Below are positions 50,040 to 60,820 of a stretch of 64,000 nucleotides of DNA, piece after piece. The stretch's first letter is position 1; the number at the start of each line of letters is the position of its first letter. This DNA comes from Lama guanicoe. Its lineage: Eukaryota. The notes beneath the pieces are model-generated. The model was not told the origin of the DNA and did no database searches. It was given only the letters and a program-made list of their open reading frames with translations. Location of the stretch: assembly GCA_013239625.1 (NCBI GenBank), contig MU054212.1:8641084-8705083 (forward strand), given 5' to 3'. A program made the translations under genes and the position numbers.

Positions 50040-50750
50040 CCGATTAACGCTCCGCGCTAATAAAACAACTACTCTCCCGCCCCTCCCACACGCATCCTCT
50101 CAGAAGCATGGTTTCTTTTTAAGGCTAATACTAGGAACTCACTTGGCGGAACAATGTCCTTTCCTATCTCCTGACCCCCGCCCGGGAAGACACCACTGGG
50201 CCCATGCCGGTACCCTGAATCACCAGCCGGCTTCGTTCCCGCTTCAGCCCATTTTACCCACTGACTGCTTGAGTCCTGTGACCCGTCTCTGACCAAGACC
50301 CGTAGAGTAAGAGGACGCGGGCTCACCTGTCTCGGTCGGGGACCCCGGCGTGAGCTCACCTGGTCACCGGCGGACCCAGGCGAACGCTCACCTGGCTGTG
50401 TCGCGGGCCTGGGCGCAGGCTCACCTGGCCACCCCCGGAGTGGCGCGCGGCCGCCCCGGGTCCCCCTCTTGCCCGCGCCGCTGCGGCCGCTCCGGAGCAG
50501 GCTTTGCGCGGCTGCAGCCCTGCTCGCCGGGCTGAGGGGTCTGCAGGGAGTTCAGCCAACTTATCTCGAGAGCCTCGAAAGAGAAGCCTGCTGGGAACGT
50601 GGATACTCTGTTTCATCGGTCCTCGCGTTCCAAGTGACCGCTCTAGGCCAGCTCCCTCCGTAGACTGACCGAGATCTCCCCGGCGCTCTTCCCTCCTTTC
50701 CCTTTGGTTAGGGAATTAGCTGCGAGGCGCCGGGTTCCAGCCATCGGAAA
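50040..50750 (-). promoter_or_regulatory. Orphan CpG island; candidate promoter/first exon of a minus-strand transcript
   Basis: High CpG density, no repeat content, cluster of minus-strand consensus donors CAG|GTGAGC x4 and AA|GTGAGT near 50136-50143. Confidence 0.6.
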
Positions 50751-51429
50751 CAGAAAACTACTTTTCCCCCTGCTGGTGACTGTGAGGAACTGCACGTGGT
50801 GGAACAAACGCACTAACAAGGTTTCCTTCCCTCCTAGCAGCTAAGATTAGGGTTCTTCCCCACCCCCCACGCCTGCCATATCAGAACTTTTTAAACTTTC
50901 CTTTGTATTCATTTTATTGTATTCCAGGTGCCATATTAAGGGACGGCAACTCGCTTTTAGCCTTGGAATTAATGAGAATGAGAGAAGTAAGACATCCCAC
51001 GGAATCCTTTTTTTTGTTTCTTTTCTTTTTTAATTGTAGAAAATTGCAAAGGTAAACGTAGGCAGAAGAGTACAATGAGGTTCTAACTTTTGGTAATGTG
51101 AACTAATCTTCCTGCAGATAACAATTCTAAAATCTGAGCAAAACATTAAAAAAAATTATTTGAAGACTCTGGAGATTGACCCAAAAGAGGCAGAAGGTAG
51201 AGGGGAGACCACATTTGACAGATGAATGGAAATCGTTGAGATTGGTGAGGTTGTGGGGTTTTACCTGAGGGCAACCCCAGATCTACGAGCAGCTCCACCT
51301 GCAGAGAGCCACAGCCTGACTGGCTTGAAAAGGACACAAAACAGAGTTTGAGGCCAGGAGAAGAGTTGGAAAGTTAGGGGAGAAATCCAGGGAGGAATCA
51401 ATGGAGAGGATGAATCCACGAATGTGTGT

Positions 51430-51735
51430 TGTGTTAGTTTTCTATGGCTGCCCTAACAAATTACCAGAAACTTAGTGGCTTAAAATAACACAGATTTATT
51501 ATCTTACTGATCTGGAGGCCAGAAGTCCTGTGCAGTTCTCACTGGACTGAAATCAACGTGTTGGCAGGCTGCACTCCTTTCTGGAGGAGGAAGGTGAGAC
51601 TCCATTTCCTGCTCATTCAGGTTTTGGACAGAATTCAGTTCCTTGAGGTTGTAGGACTGAGTTCCCTGCCTTCTTGCTGGCTGTCAGCTGAGGGTCATTC
51701 CCAGCTCCTACAGGCCACTGCCATATCCCTGCTGG
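51430..51735 (-). mobile_element. MLT1 (MaLR) LTR
   Basis: tgtgttagttttctatggctgccctaacaaattaccagaaacttagtggcttaaaa...ggacagaattcagttccttgaggttgtaggactgag. Confidence 0.8.
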
Positions 51736-51739
51736 TTCC

Positions 51740-52140
51740 TGTTGTGGCCTTTGCTGCCGTACCACAGGATGGCTTAGGGCTGAGGCTCAAGAAAGTGGGA
51801 AGAAGAAAAAAGCGTGGAGAATTCCACACTCTCTCTGGGTGTTAGGAGTTTCCTGATAATCAGCCGGAATAAAGGGCGTCCCCTGGAGCTCCTTCAGTGC
51901 TCTCGTCTGGGCTTCAGGCTGCATTGCACACAGGCTAGTAAATATCAAAGGAACAAAATGGTAAACTCACCTCTAGTTCACTGGTCCTGGAGTCGTCTTC
52001 TCCATTCAGCCTGCCTACTGCTATTTACTTTGCAGTCTTCCTATAGATGCTCTATGCATTCCATCTGGGTTTCATAGTTGCATTCAGCGGAAGGGCAGAA
52101 TGGAGTGTGCTTACTCAATCCTTATCCAGAACAAGAACCT
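51740..52140 (-). mobile_element. Old L1M 5' end fragment
   Basis: Antisense of gagtaagcacactcc...tgaatgcaacta...aaagtaaatagcagtaggc. Confidence 0.55.
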
Positions 52141-52319
52141 CTATATCAAAGATTAAAGAGAGGATATCACTATAGATCTTACAGACATGAAAAAGATAAT
52201 AAGAGAATATTACAAAGAATTTTATGCCAATAAACTTGACAATTTAGGTGAAATAGACTAATTGCTTAAAATAAACTTACAAAAACTAACACAAAACAAA
52301 ATACATCTGAGTAGATTTA

Positions 52320-54040
52320 TTTTTCTTAATTGAAGTGTAATTGACTTTCAATATTATGTTAGTTTCAGGTGTACAACATAGTGACTTGATATTTTTATAC
52401 ATTACTAAATGATTGCCACTATAAATATAGGTACAGCCTGTCATCAAACTTGTCACAATATTACCAACTATATTCCACATACTGTATATTACATCCCTGT
52501 AACTTATTTATTTTATAACTGGAAATCTGTATCTCTTAGTCCCCTTCCCCTGTTTCACCCATTCCCTCAACCCCTTCCAATCTGGCAACCACCAGTCTGC
52601 ATCTATGAGTCTTTTTCTTTCATGTTTGCACTATTGTTTTTGTTTTTAGATTCTATATAAGTGAAATCAAAAAGTATTTGCCAATGACTATAACTCAATA
52701 AAAAAAGTTTAAAAAAAGTATTTGCCTTTCTCTGTTTAACTTACTTTATCTAGCATAATACCCCCTAGGTCTACCCATGTTGTCACAAATGGCGAGATTT
52801 TATTATTTTGTGGCTGAGTAATATTCCAATGTGTGTATATATATCTATATCTGTGTGTGTGTGTGTATGATATATATATATATCTTCTATATCCATTTAT
52901 CTGTTGATGGACACTTAGATTGCCTCTGTATCTTTACTATTGCAAATAATGCTGCTACGAACATTGGGGTGCATGTATCTTTCTGAATTAGTGTTTTCAT
53001 TTTTTTTTCCCCAGGAGTGGAAATTGCTGGGTCATATGCTAGTTCTATCTTTTGTGTTTTCAGAATCCTCCATACTGTTTTCCACAGTGGCTGCACTAAT
53101 TTACATTCCCACCAACAGTTTATGAGAGTCCCCTTTTCTCCTGCTCCTTGCCAACATTTGTTATTTGTGTTCTTTTTTGATGATAGCCACTCTGACAGGT
53201 GTGAGGTGATAGCTCATTGTGGTTTTAATTTGCATTTCTCTGATGATTAGCCATGTCGAGCATCTCTTCATGTGCCTGTTGGCCATCTGTATATCTTTGG
53301 AAAAACGTCTATTCAGGTCTTCTGCCCATTTTTTAATCAGATTGTTTTGCTTTCTTGGTGTTAAGTTTTATGAGGTGTCTATTTATTTTGGATACTAACC
53401 CCTTATCAGTCATATTATTTGCAAATATTTTCTCCCATTCAGTAGGTTCGTCTTTTCATTTTGTCAATGGTTTCCTTTGCTGGGCAAAAGCTTTTAAGTT
53501 CAGTTAGGTCCCATTTATTTATTTTTTCTGTTGCTTCCTTTGCTTTAGGAGACAGATCCAAAAAATATTGCTATGATTTATGTCAAAGAGTATTCTGCCC
53601 ATGTTTTCTTTTAGGAGTTTTATGATTTACAGTCTTATATCTAGGTCTTTAATCCACTTTGAGTTTACTTTTGTATATGGTGTCAGAAAATGTTCTAATT
53701 CATTCTTTTACATGTAACTAGTTTTTCTGGCACTCCTCATTGAGGAGACTGTCTTTTACCCATTGTATATTCTTGATATTCTTGCCTCTTTTGTCATAGA
53801 TTAGTTGACCATTAGTCGGTTTTTTTCCGCAGCTTTCAGTCTTGTTTCATGGATCTATATGTCTGTTTTTGTGCCAGTAACATACTGTTTTGATTACTGT
53901 AGTGTTGTGGTATGTAGTCTCAAGTCAGGAAGTATGATTCCTTCAACTCTGTTCTCCTTTCTCAATATTTTTTTTTGGTTATTTAGGGACTTTTGTGTTT
54001 CCATGCAATTTTCGAAATTATTTATTCTAGTTCTGTGAAA
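52320..54040 (-). mobile_element. L1 (ORF2 C-terminus plus 3'UTR), antisense
   Basis: Minus-strand ORF 52887-53096 ([44 protein letters not shown]) is the L1 ORF2 C-terminus; 3'UTR at 52320-52660. Confidence 0.9.
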
Positions 54041-54044
54041 AGTG

Positions 54045-55130
54045 AATAGACCTCATAGACCTAAACTTAAAAACTAAATTATCAAGTTTTTAGAAGAAAA
54101 CATAGGAAAATATCTTATGATCTGGGGTTAGAGGAGCAATAACCATGCAAGAAAAATTAACAAATTAAATTTTACCATGCTACTCATCAAAAAACACCAT
54201 TAAAAATAGAAAGTGAAGCTATAGACTTTTATTAAGAAAATAAAATAAAATCCTACAATTTGATAATAAAAATTTTTTTAAATGGGTAAAAGACTAGAAC
54301 AGACACCTCAATGGAAATCACATAAATGGCCAAGAAGCACATGAGAAAGTGCTCCAGATCATTAGTTATCAGTCAAATGAATATTGAAACCACAAAGAGA
54401 TACCACTTCACATCCACTAGAATGGTTTTAAAGTCAAAAGGCTGATAACACCAAATATCAGCAAAGATATGGAGCAACTGGAACTCTCATATATTCTTGA
54501 TGAAAATTCAAAATTGTCCAAACAATTTAGAAAACTATTTGGCCATTTCTTGTGAAGTTAAACAGGCTCCTTTGATCAAGACATTCTAGTTATTTAGCCA
54601 AGGAAAGTGAAAACACAGGTTACAAAAAGACTTGTACAAAAATATTCATCACAGCTCTATTTATAATAGACAAAATCGAGAAACAGTTCAATGTCCATCA
54701 ACAGGTGAAAGAATAAACAAAGTGTAGCATAACCATAAAATGGAATACTACTCGGTGATAAAGAGAAAAACTACTCACAGTTTGTGAATGAATGAGACCG
54801 TAAAAGAAGTACCTACCATTTCGCTCTGTTAATGTGAAGTTCTACAAAGTCTTAACTCATTTGTGTGAAAAGTGTACATTATATGATTCCATTTTTATGA
54901 AATTCTAAAAAGGTAAAACTAAGATGTGGTTTTAAAAAAAGAACAGTGGTGGGCTCTCTGAGGGGTGGTTGATTCAGAGAGATCAGTAGAGAGAATTCTG
55001 GTGTGATGGAAATCTTGATAAAGTGTGGTTCATATTCTGGGGATTGGAAATGTTTTATATCTTCATAGGGATATTTAATTGTACATTTAAGATACATACA
55101 TTTCATTGTAGGTACATTTTGTCATAAAAC
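54045..55130 (+). mobile_element. Old L1M ORF2 end and 3'UTR
   Basis: gaaaccacaaagagataccacttcacatccactagaatgg...ggagcaactggaactctcata...aatggaatactactcgg. Confidence 0.75.
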
Positions 55131-55136
55131 ATGTTT

Positions 55137-55184
55137 ACTATTATTATTATTACTACTACTACTACTACTACTACTACTATTATT

Positions 55185-55217
<33 letters not shown>

Positions 55218-55220
55218 ATA
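55137..55220. repeat. Compound trinucleotide microsatellite (TAT)n(TAC)n(TAT)n(GAT)n
   Basis: Directly visible in the sequence. Confidence 0.9.
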
Positions 55221-55469
55221 TTTATTGAAGGGGAGTAGGGAGGGGTACAGGTCAATGCTGGGATGCTGAGAGTTGTGTGTGTATGTATGAAGTTTCATTA
55301 TATCATGGTGATTATTTTGTACATGTTTGAGATTTTTCCATAATAAAAAGTTTAATATAAATAAACAAACATAAACTCACTGCCAACAATTGTCAACTCA
55401 TGGCCAGTCTCCTTTTATTTTCAACACCTTCAACTTCCTTTCCTCCCAGTATGACTTTGCAGCAAATCC

Positions 55470-56100
55470 CTACTGAGCCCCTCCTCTGTGCCAGATCCCT
55501 GGGCTGCGCTCCACATACCAAGCAGCAAACAGGACAGATCAAACCTTGATGCCAAGGCATTCGGGGGAAACAGGTAAACCGGCAATAAATAAGGCAATTT
55601 CAGATAGTAAAGTTACTATGACAACAATAAAAGCCAGATCTGGCAGAGACTGACTTGGTGGGTGGGGCCTGACGCGGGTCTTTATTGGGGTGGTCAGGGA
55701 AGGCCTCTCAGAGGAAGTGATATTTGAGCCAAGACTGAATGAGGAGCAAAAGCAGCCATGGGAAGGATCCTTATCCAAAGGGGAGAGCAGCCAAGGCCCT
55801 GGGGCGGGTCTGAAGAGGACCTGTTGAGTGACAGAGAGAGAAGGCTGGTGTGGCAGAAGCAATGTGAATGTAGATGGGTGGTCTGAGGTGGGGCGGGGCC
55901 CTAGAGAGCCCAGGCAGGAGTCTATGTTCCAAGTGCAATGAGGAGCTTGGAGAGGACTGGGAGCACGGATGCTCCACGTCCCCCTAAATGATTCACATTA
56001 TAAGAAGGCCACTTTGTCTACCCTGTGAGGAACGGATTGGGAACGAGGCAGCAGGAAAGAATGTAGGAGGCCAAGGTAGGGGTGCATGGAAAAGAGGAGA
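55470..56100 (-). mobile_element. L2 LINE fragment
   Basis: ggggtggtcagggaaggcctctcagaggaagtgatatttgagccaagactgaatgagg. Confidence 0.7.
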
Positions 56101-56516
56101 GGGTGGCCAAGGCATGAGAAGCACTAGGCAGAGTCCTGATTTGCTTCTGGTGTTGGGGCTGCTGGCCCTGTGGGTGGACTGGCTGCCAGGGGTGGAAGCA
56201 GGAAACAGCAATGGCGCTTGGTGGGGCTGAGAAGGAAGAAGGCTGGGTGGTAGGGCAGGTTGGCAGGGGAAGCCAGGAGTGCTGTTTGGGCGCTTGGGAA
56301 AACACGTCGTGATGCAAGTAGGGGTGCGGAGCAGGCATCTAGTTGTAGGAGTGCGATGCTCAGAAGAGGGAGAAGAAACAGCTAAAGGAAAGTGTGCCAT
56401 TGGAAGGAGAGTAGTGTGCGCCCGCTCATAATGCGTTTCTCCTCTTTCCTGTTTTACTGGATAGTGAAACAGTCTAGAAGTAGATGCGCTTTGTTTAAAA
56501 GGAAAAAAACTTATAT

Positions 56517-56651
56517 GGGGGGAGGGTATAGCTCAAGTGGTAGAGCTCACGTTTGACGTGCACGAGGTCCTGGGTTCAATCCCCACTACCTCCTCTAAAA
56601 ATAATAAATAAATAAACCTAATTGCCTCCCCCTCCAAAAAAAATTTTTTCC
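56517..56651 (+). mobile_element. Vic-1-like SINE, full length
   Basis: ggggggagggtatagctcaagtggtagagctcac...gaggtcctgggttcaatccccactacctcc...aaacctaattgcctccccc; near-TSD aaaaaaacttatat/aaaagaacttacat. Confidence 0.92.
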
Positions 56652-57989
56652 AAAAGAACTTACATAGATAAACTGGCATTTCACCTATGCCATGGGGTTG
56701 TGAAGATTATACGAATTAATACAAGTAAGAAGCTTTAAAAAAGTGCCTGGCACAAATTCAGTATTCCTTGCATTTTTTTTTTTTAAGTTCAGTTCCAATA
56801 CAAAAAGACTAGCTTAGCTTGTAAGGGATCTTTGCATAACTTGCTGTCCATCTAGGGGGAAAATGTCATTTAGATGCTCTACCTCATGCCTAAGTGAAAA
56901 TACATTTCATATTGATTAAAGATGTACACGGAAGAAATCGAACTAGAAAAGGATGAGAAAAACATTTGGATGACTAGTCAGCTGTCTAGCTTCAGCATAA
57001 AAGAAGACTTTTTAAGCTACACAGAAAACCGAGACCCAGTAGTGAAAAGAATTTGACTGCATACAAAAGCCTCTGTGGCGAAAATGCTATAAACTGTACC
57101 AAGGATAAGTTACGTGTTCAGTAAGGAAATTTTGCACTATAAATAATAAGCATAGTATGAATTTCCACAAAATATGAAGATGTCTTAGAAATTAATAAAC
57201 AATCCAACAGATTTCTTTTCCCAAAAGAAAATGCAAACCATCAAGAAATAAATGGAAAGAGGTTTTATCTCACTGGTATTTATGGGAACCAATGGCCTTT
57301 GTCTTTTCACCCATCCAACTTGGCTCAGCCTTCTCAGACACTGATGCCAGGAGTGTGAGTTGCTACAACCTTTTTTGGGTATCTGACAAATAAAAATGTG
57401 CATTTCATTACACTTAGCAATTTCTCTTTTAGTAATTCAGGCAAAAAGAGATTAAAAGCACCAGTATATATAAGATTTTTTGCTGCTGCACTGTTTGAAA
57501 TGAAAAAAATTTTTGAATGTCCATAAATAGGAAAATGATTCGATAGATTATGGTTCCTTACATTTTGTAATAGTTTCAGCTATAAAAAAAAAAGCATATG
57601 TGAGAACTATATATACTGATGTGGAGGGATGTCTGTGGCCTGTTAAAGACAAAGGCGAGTTGTGTAGTAAAGGACTAACGTTGCATTTTTGTTTTTTGTT
57701 TTTTGTGTATATCTTGGCTTTTTTGTTGTGTATGTGTTGGGGTAATGGTGACTGGGGATATTTATACATTCATACATGGGCTTGTGTGTGTAAGGACATA
57801 GAAGGAGAAAAGACCAAACTGCTAATGTTGATCACCTCAGAGAAGGAGGATGGAAAGGTGGGAAGAGCAGACGTAATAACATTTCTTCTAAAAAACCAAA
57901 ATATATCTATATGGATGTAAACATGTACTTTCTTTTTACAAACTCTTGTATCATTTGACTCCTTTCTGAATTTAAAAATAAAAGATGAA

Positions 57990-58860
57990 TAAGAGTCTAG
58001 TATCCAGAATATATATTTAAAAACTCTAACAACTCAACAACAAAAGACAAATAACTCAGTTTAAAAATGGGCAATTAACTAGAACAGACATCTCTTCAGA
58101 GGTGTACAAATTGCCAATAACACATGAAAAGATGCTTAACGTCATTTCATTAGTCAGTAGAGAAATGCAAATCAAAACCAGAAAGAGATGCCACACTTCA
58201 CACTCACTAGGATGGTTATAGTTAAAAAAAAAACAAAAACAAAAACAAAATGAGTGTTGGTGAGGATGTGGAGAATTTGGAACCCTTGTTAAAAATGGAA
58301 TTACAGTATGACCTAGCAATTTCACCGCTAGGTATACGTTCAATATAGAAAGCAGGTATTCTGATAAGTGCTTGTTGTTTATAGCAGTACTATTCACAAT
58401 AACCAAAAGGTGGAAACAACTCAAATGTCTATCAGTGGATGGATGGATAAACTATATGTGATATATACATACAATGTAATATTATTTGGCCATAAAAAGG
58501 AATGAAGTTCCCATATATGCTACAGGGTTGGTGAACCTCAAAAACATTATGCTAAATGGATGAAGCCAGACTGAAAAGGTCCTGTGATTCCATTTATAAT
58601 GAAATGTTCAGACTAGCAGAGACAGAATCCATAGAGACAGAAAGCGGACTACTAGCTGCCAGGGGCTGGGAGGGAAGGGAGAATGCGGAGCAACTGCTCA
58701 TCAGGTACGGGGTTTCCTATAGGATGATAAAGATGTTTCCAAACTAGTGGTGTTTGCGCAACACTGCAATTGTACTAGATATCACTGAGTTGCTCACCTT
58801 AAAATGGTTAACTTTATGTTGTGTGAATTTCACTTCAATAAAAAACGGGAAAAAATAAAA
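57990..58860 (+). mobile_element. L1MB-like 3' fragment
   Basis: ctagtatccagaatatat...aaaaggtggaaacaactcaaatgtc...aaatggttaactttatgttgtgtgaatttcacttcaataaaa. Confidence 0.85.
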
Positions 58861-59348
58861 GACAAGCTCTCTGGCGCTCGTGAGGAGAGCAGCCTGGACT
58901 GGAGGCCTCGCTTCTCCCAGCTGCCCCCTTGCGGGCCGCGCGTCCGCCTGCCGAGGGCACGTCAGTACCCTGGCTCGCAAATCCAGAGGGCGACGTGGGC
59001 TGAAGAGGTGGAACAGGAGTAACAGACAGGGGGCTGTCAGACGGCAGCACCCTCCATTCGTGACATTGCCACCTCTGCCCAGTCAAGCAAGCTTCTCTGC
59101 CCAGGTTCGAGTTTGAAGCGACCCGCGCTGGGCCAGGCGGAAGGGGCGGGACCTGGGGGCGGGGCGAATGGTGGGCAGTGGGTCGGCCTGCGCGCCGGAC
59201 CGGATGTGAAGGAAACCGGAACCCTTCAGCCCGGGGCGCCTGTTTCCGGAGGGAGATCGGATCGCGACGTTGAAGTCCACCACGCTCGGAAGCCGGCTTT
59301 CGGAGTCTTTTGTCACCGGGTCTCAGCGGAGTGGGATTGGTGGTGGCA

Positions 59349-59425
59349 ATGAGGCAGAAGCACTACCTTGAGGCTGCAGCGCGGAAACTACAAGATAGCT
59401 GCCCGGGCCAGGCCCGGTATCTCCT
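59349..59425 (+). CDS. C18orf21: C18orf21/RMP24 coding exon 1 (MRQKHYLEAAARKLQDSCPGQARYL..)
   Basis: ATG in good Kozak context (GCAATGA); matches the recalled human N-terminus MRQKHYLEAAARGLHDSCPGQARYLL; donor CT|GTAAGA, phase 2. Confidence 0.95.
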
Positions 59426-59510
59426 GTAAGAGAGGGACGGGAGGGGCAGCGGGAGGCGAGCGGCGAGGAGGTTTTCTCTGTTCCCTCACGAGTCTCTTTC
59501 TCTTTTGCAG

Positions 59511-59533
59511 CTGGGCCTACAGTTCGTCACACG
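59511..59533 (+). CDS. C18orf21: C18orf21/RMP24 coding exon 2, 23-nt microexon (LWAYSSSH)
   Basis: Acceptor tctctttctcttttgcag|C and donor G|GTAGGG; restores frame between exons 1 and 3; human LWAYTSSH. Confidence 0.92.
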
Positions 59534-59644
59534 GTAGGGAGGACGCCCGTTGGTTGTGGGTCAAGCACGCGTCGCCCCGCTCCTCTCCATTCTGCACAAC
59601 GCTCAGAATGATCAAAAAGAAAAAAAAGAAAGAAAAAATCTAAT

Positions 59645-60820
59645 CGACCCTCTGCCATAATGCTCGCTTCTCAGTTTCGCAAGGAAAAATCCAGTTTCCT
59701 TAACCTTGCCTGACCTGTTAGCGGCATTTGACACACTGATCGGTCTACTTGAAGTAGTTTCCTCACTTGGCTTGCAGATCATCACAAAGTTCACTTCTTG
59801 ATATGCTTTGCTGGTTCTCCTAATTTCCCTAACCTTTACAAACCAACGTTGGAGTGTCCCAGAATTCAGCCCTTGGACCTCCTTTCTAGCTACACTGACT
59901 TCCTTGGTGACAGTTTTTCATCCAGCTTCATGGCTTTTAAATTCTGTATCCGCACCCCAGGCTACTCCCCCGAATTCTAGATTCATCCAGATGGCTTGAT
60001 GACTTTTTTTGAATGTCATATTAGACCAAAGCTTTATCCCCCAATATAACAACCCCCCTCTTCCAGTTCTTCCCATTTCAATAAATGGTAACCCTATCCT
60101 CAAGGAATTAGTCAGCCCAGAAACCTAGAAGCGACTCTGTAGCTAACAGCCTTCCTCCCCAAGCCAATAAGCCAGCAAATCCAGTTGGCTTTAAAATGTA
60201 TCCAGTATCTAGCGACTCTAGCGACTTCTCTCTGTATCCATCTTACCACCCTGGTCCAAGCTGTCAGTCTCTCCTGGGTCATTGCCAACAGCTCCGGTGC
60301 ATTTCTGCCTTCCATTCTCAATCTAGCGACCAAAGTGAGCCTAATAAAAACCTAAGCTAGATCATGTCACTTCTCTGCTACATACTCTGAAATCTCAAAA
60401 GAGTATAAGTGAATATCTTTTAAAGAGACTACAAGGCCCTGCATCATAGGTCCGTATTAACCTCTCTGACCTGCTCTCCCTTCTGTTCACTGAAATCCAA
60501 CCACCCAGGCCCCGGTGCTGTTCATGGCCTTTGCAGCTGCCCTTCCTTCTGCCTGGAACTCTTGCCTCATACCTGCTTGGATTCCTCCCTCGCTTCCTTC
60601 TGGTCTCTTGCAAATGTCACCCCGCATAGTCTTTCCTGGCTGCTCTATTGCCATCTCCCATTCTCCTTTCCCATCTTACTTTTTTCTCCCCAGCACCAAC
60701 CAAACATATGATGTTGGTGTATTTACTGTCTCTCTCCATGAACTGCCCTTTGTTCACTGTGGTATCTCCCACACCCAAAACAGTGCCTGGAACTTAACAG
60801 TCATTCAGTAAATATGAAAG
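59645..60820 (+). mobile_element. L2 LINE fragments in C18orf21 intron 2
   Basis: cttgcctgacctgttagcggcatttgacacactgatc...agatcatgtcacttctctgc...aacagtgcctggaacttaacagtcattcagtaaata. Confidence 0.7.

Larger units (their letters stand above)
58870..59610 (+). promoter_or_regulatory. CpG-island promoter of C18orf21
   Basis: CpG-rich and TATA-less; GC boxes GGGGCGGG (59143) and GGGGGCGGGGC (59155); ETS-like CCGGATGT/CCGGAA/CGGAAG motifs at 59200-59295. Confidence 0.85.

Noticed and set aside
50321..50428. CRISPR-like regularly spaced repeat
   Set aside because: The repeat core is only 9 bp, the spacers are related to each other, the context is mammalian and there are no cas genes; treated as a degenerate minisatellite/motif array
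52887..53250. ORFs resembling a protein domain (also 10017-10199, 11350-11604, 12690-12974, 44355-44549)
   Set aside because: Decayed L1 ORF1/ORF2 remnants with stops and frameshifts
59368..59643. 91-aa ORF from the track as a separate gene
   Set aside because: Starts out of frame in C18orf21 exon 1 at a non-ATG codon, runs through intron 1 and only coincides with the real frame at exon 2
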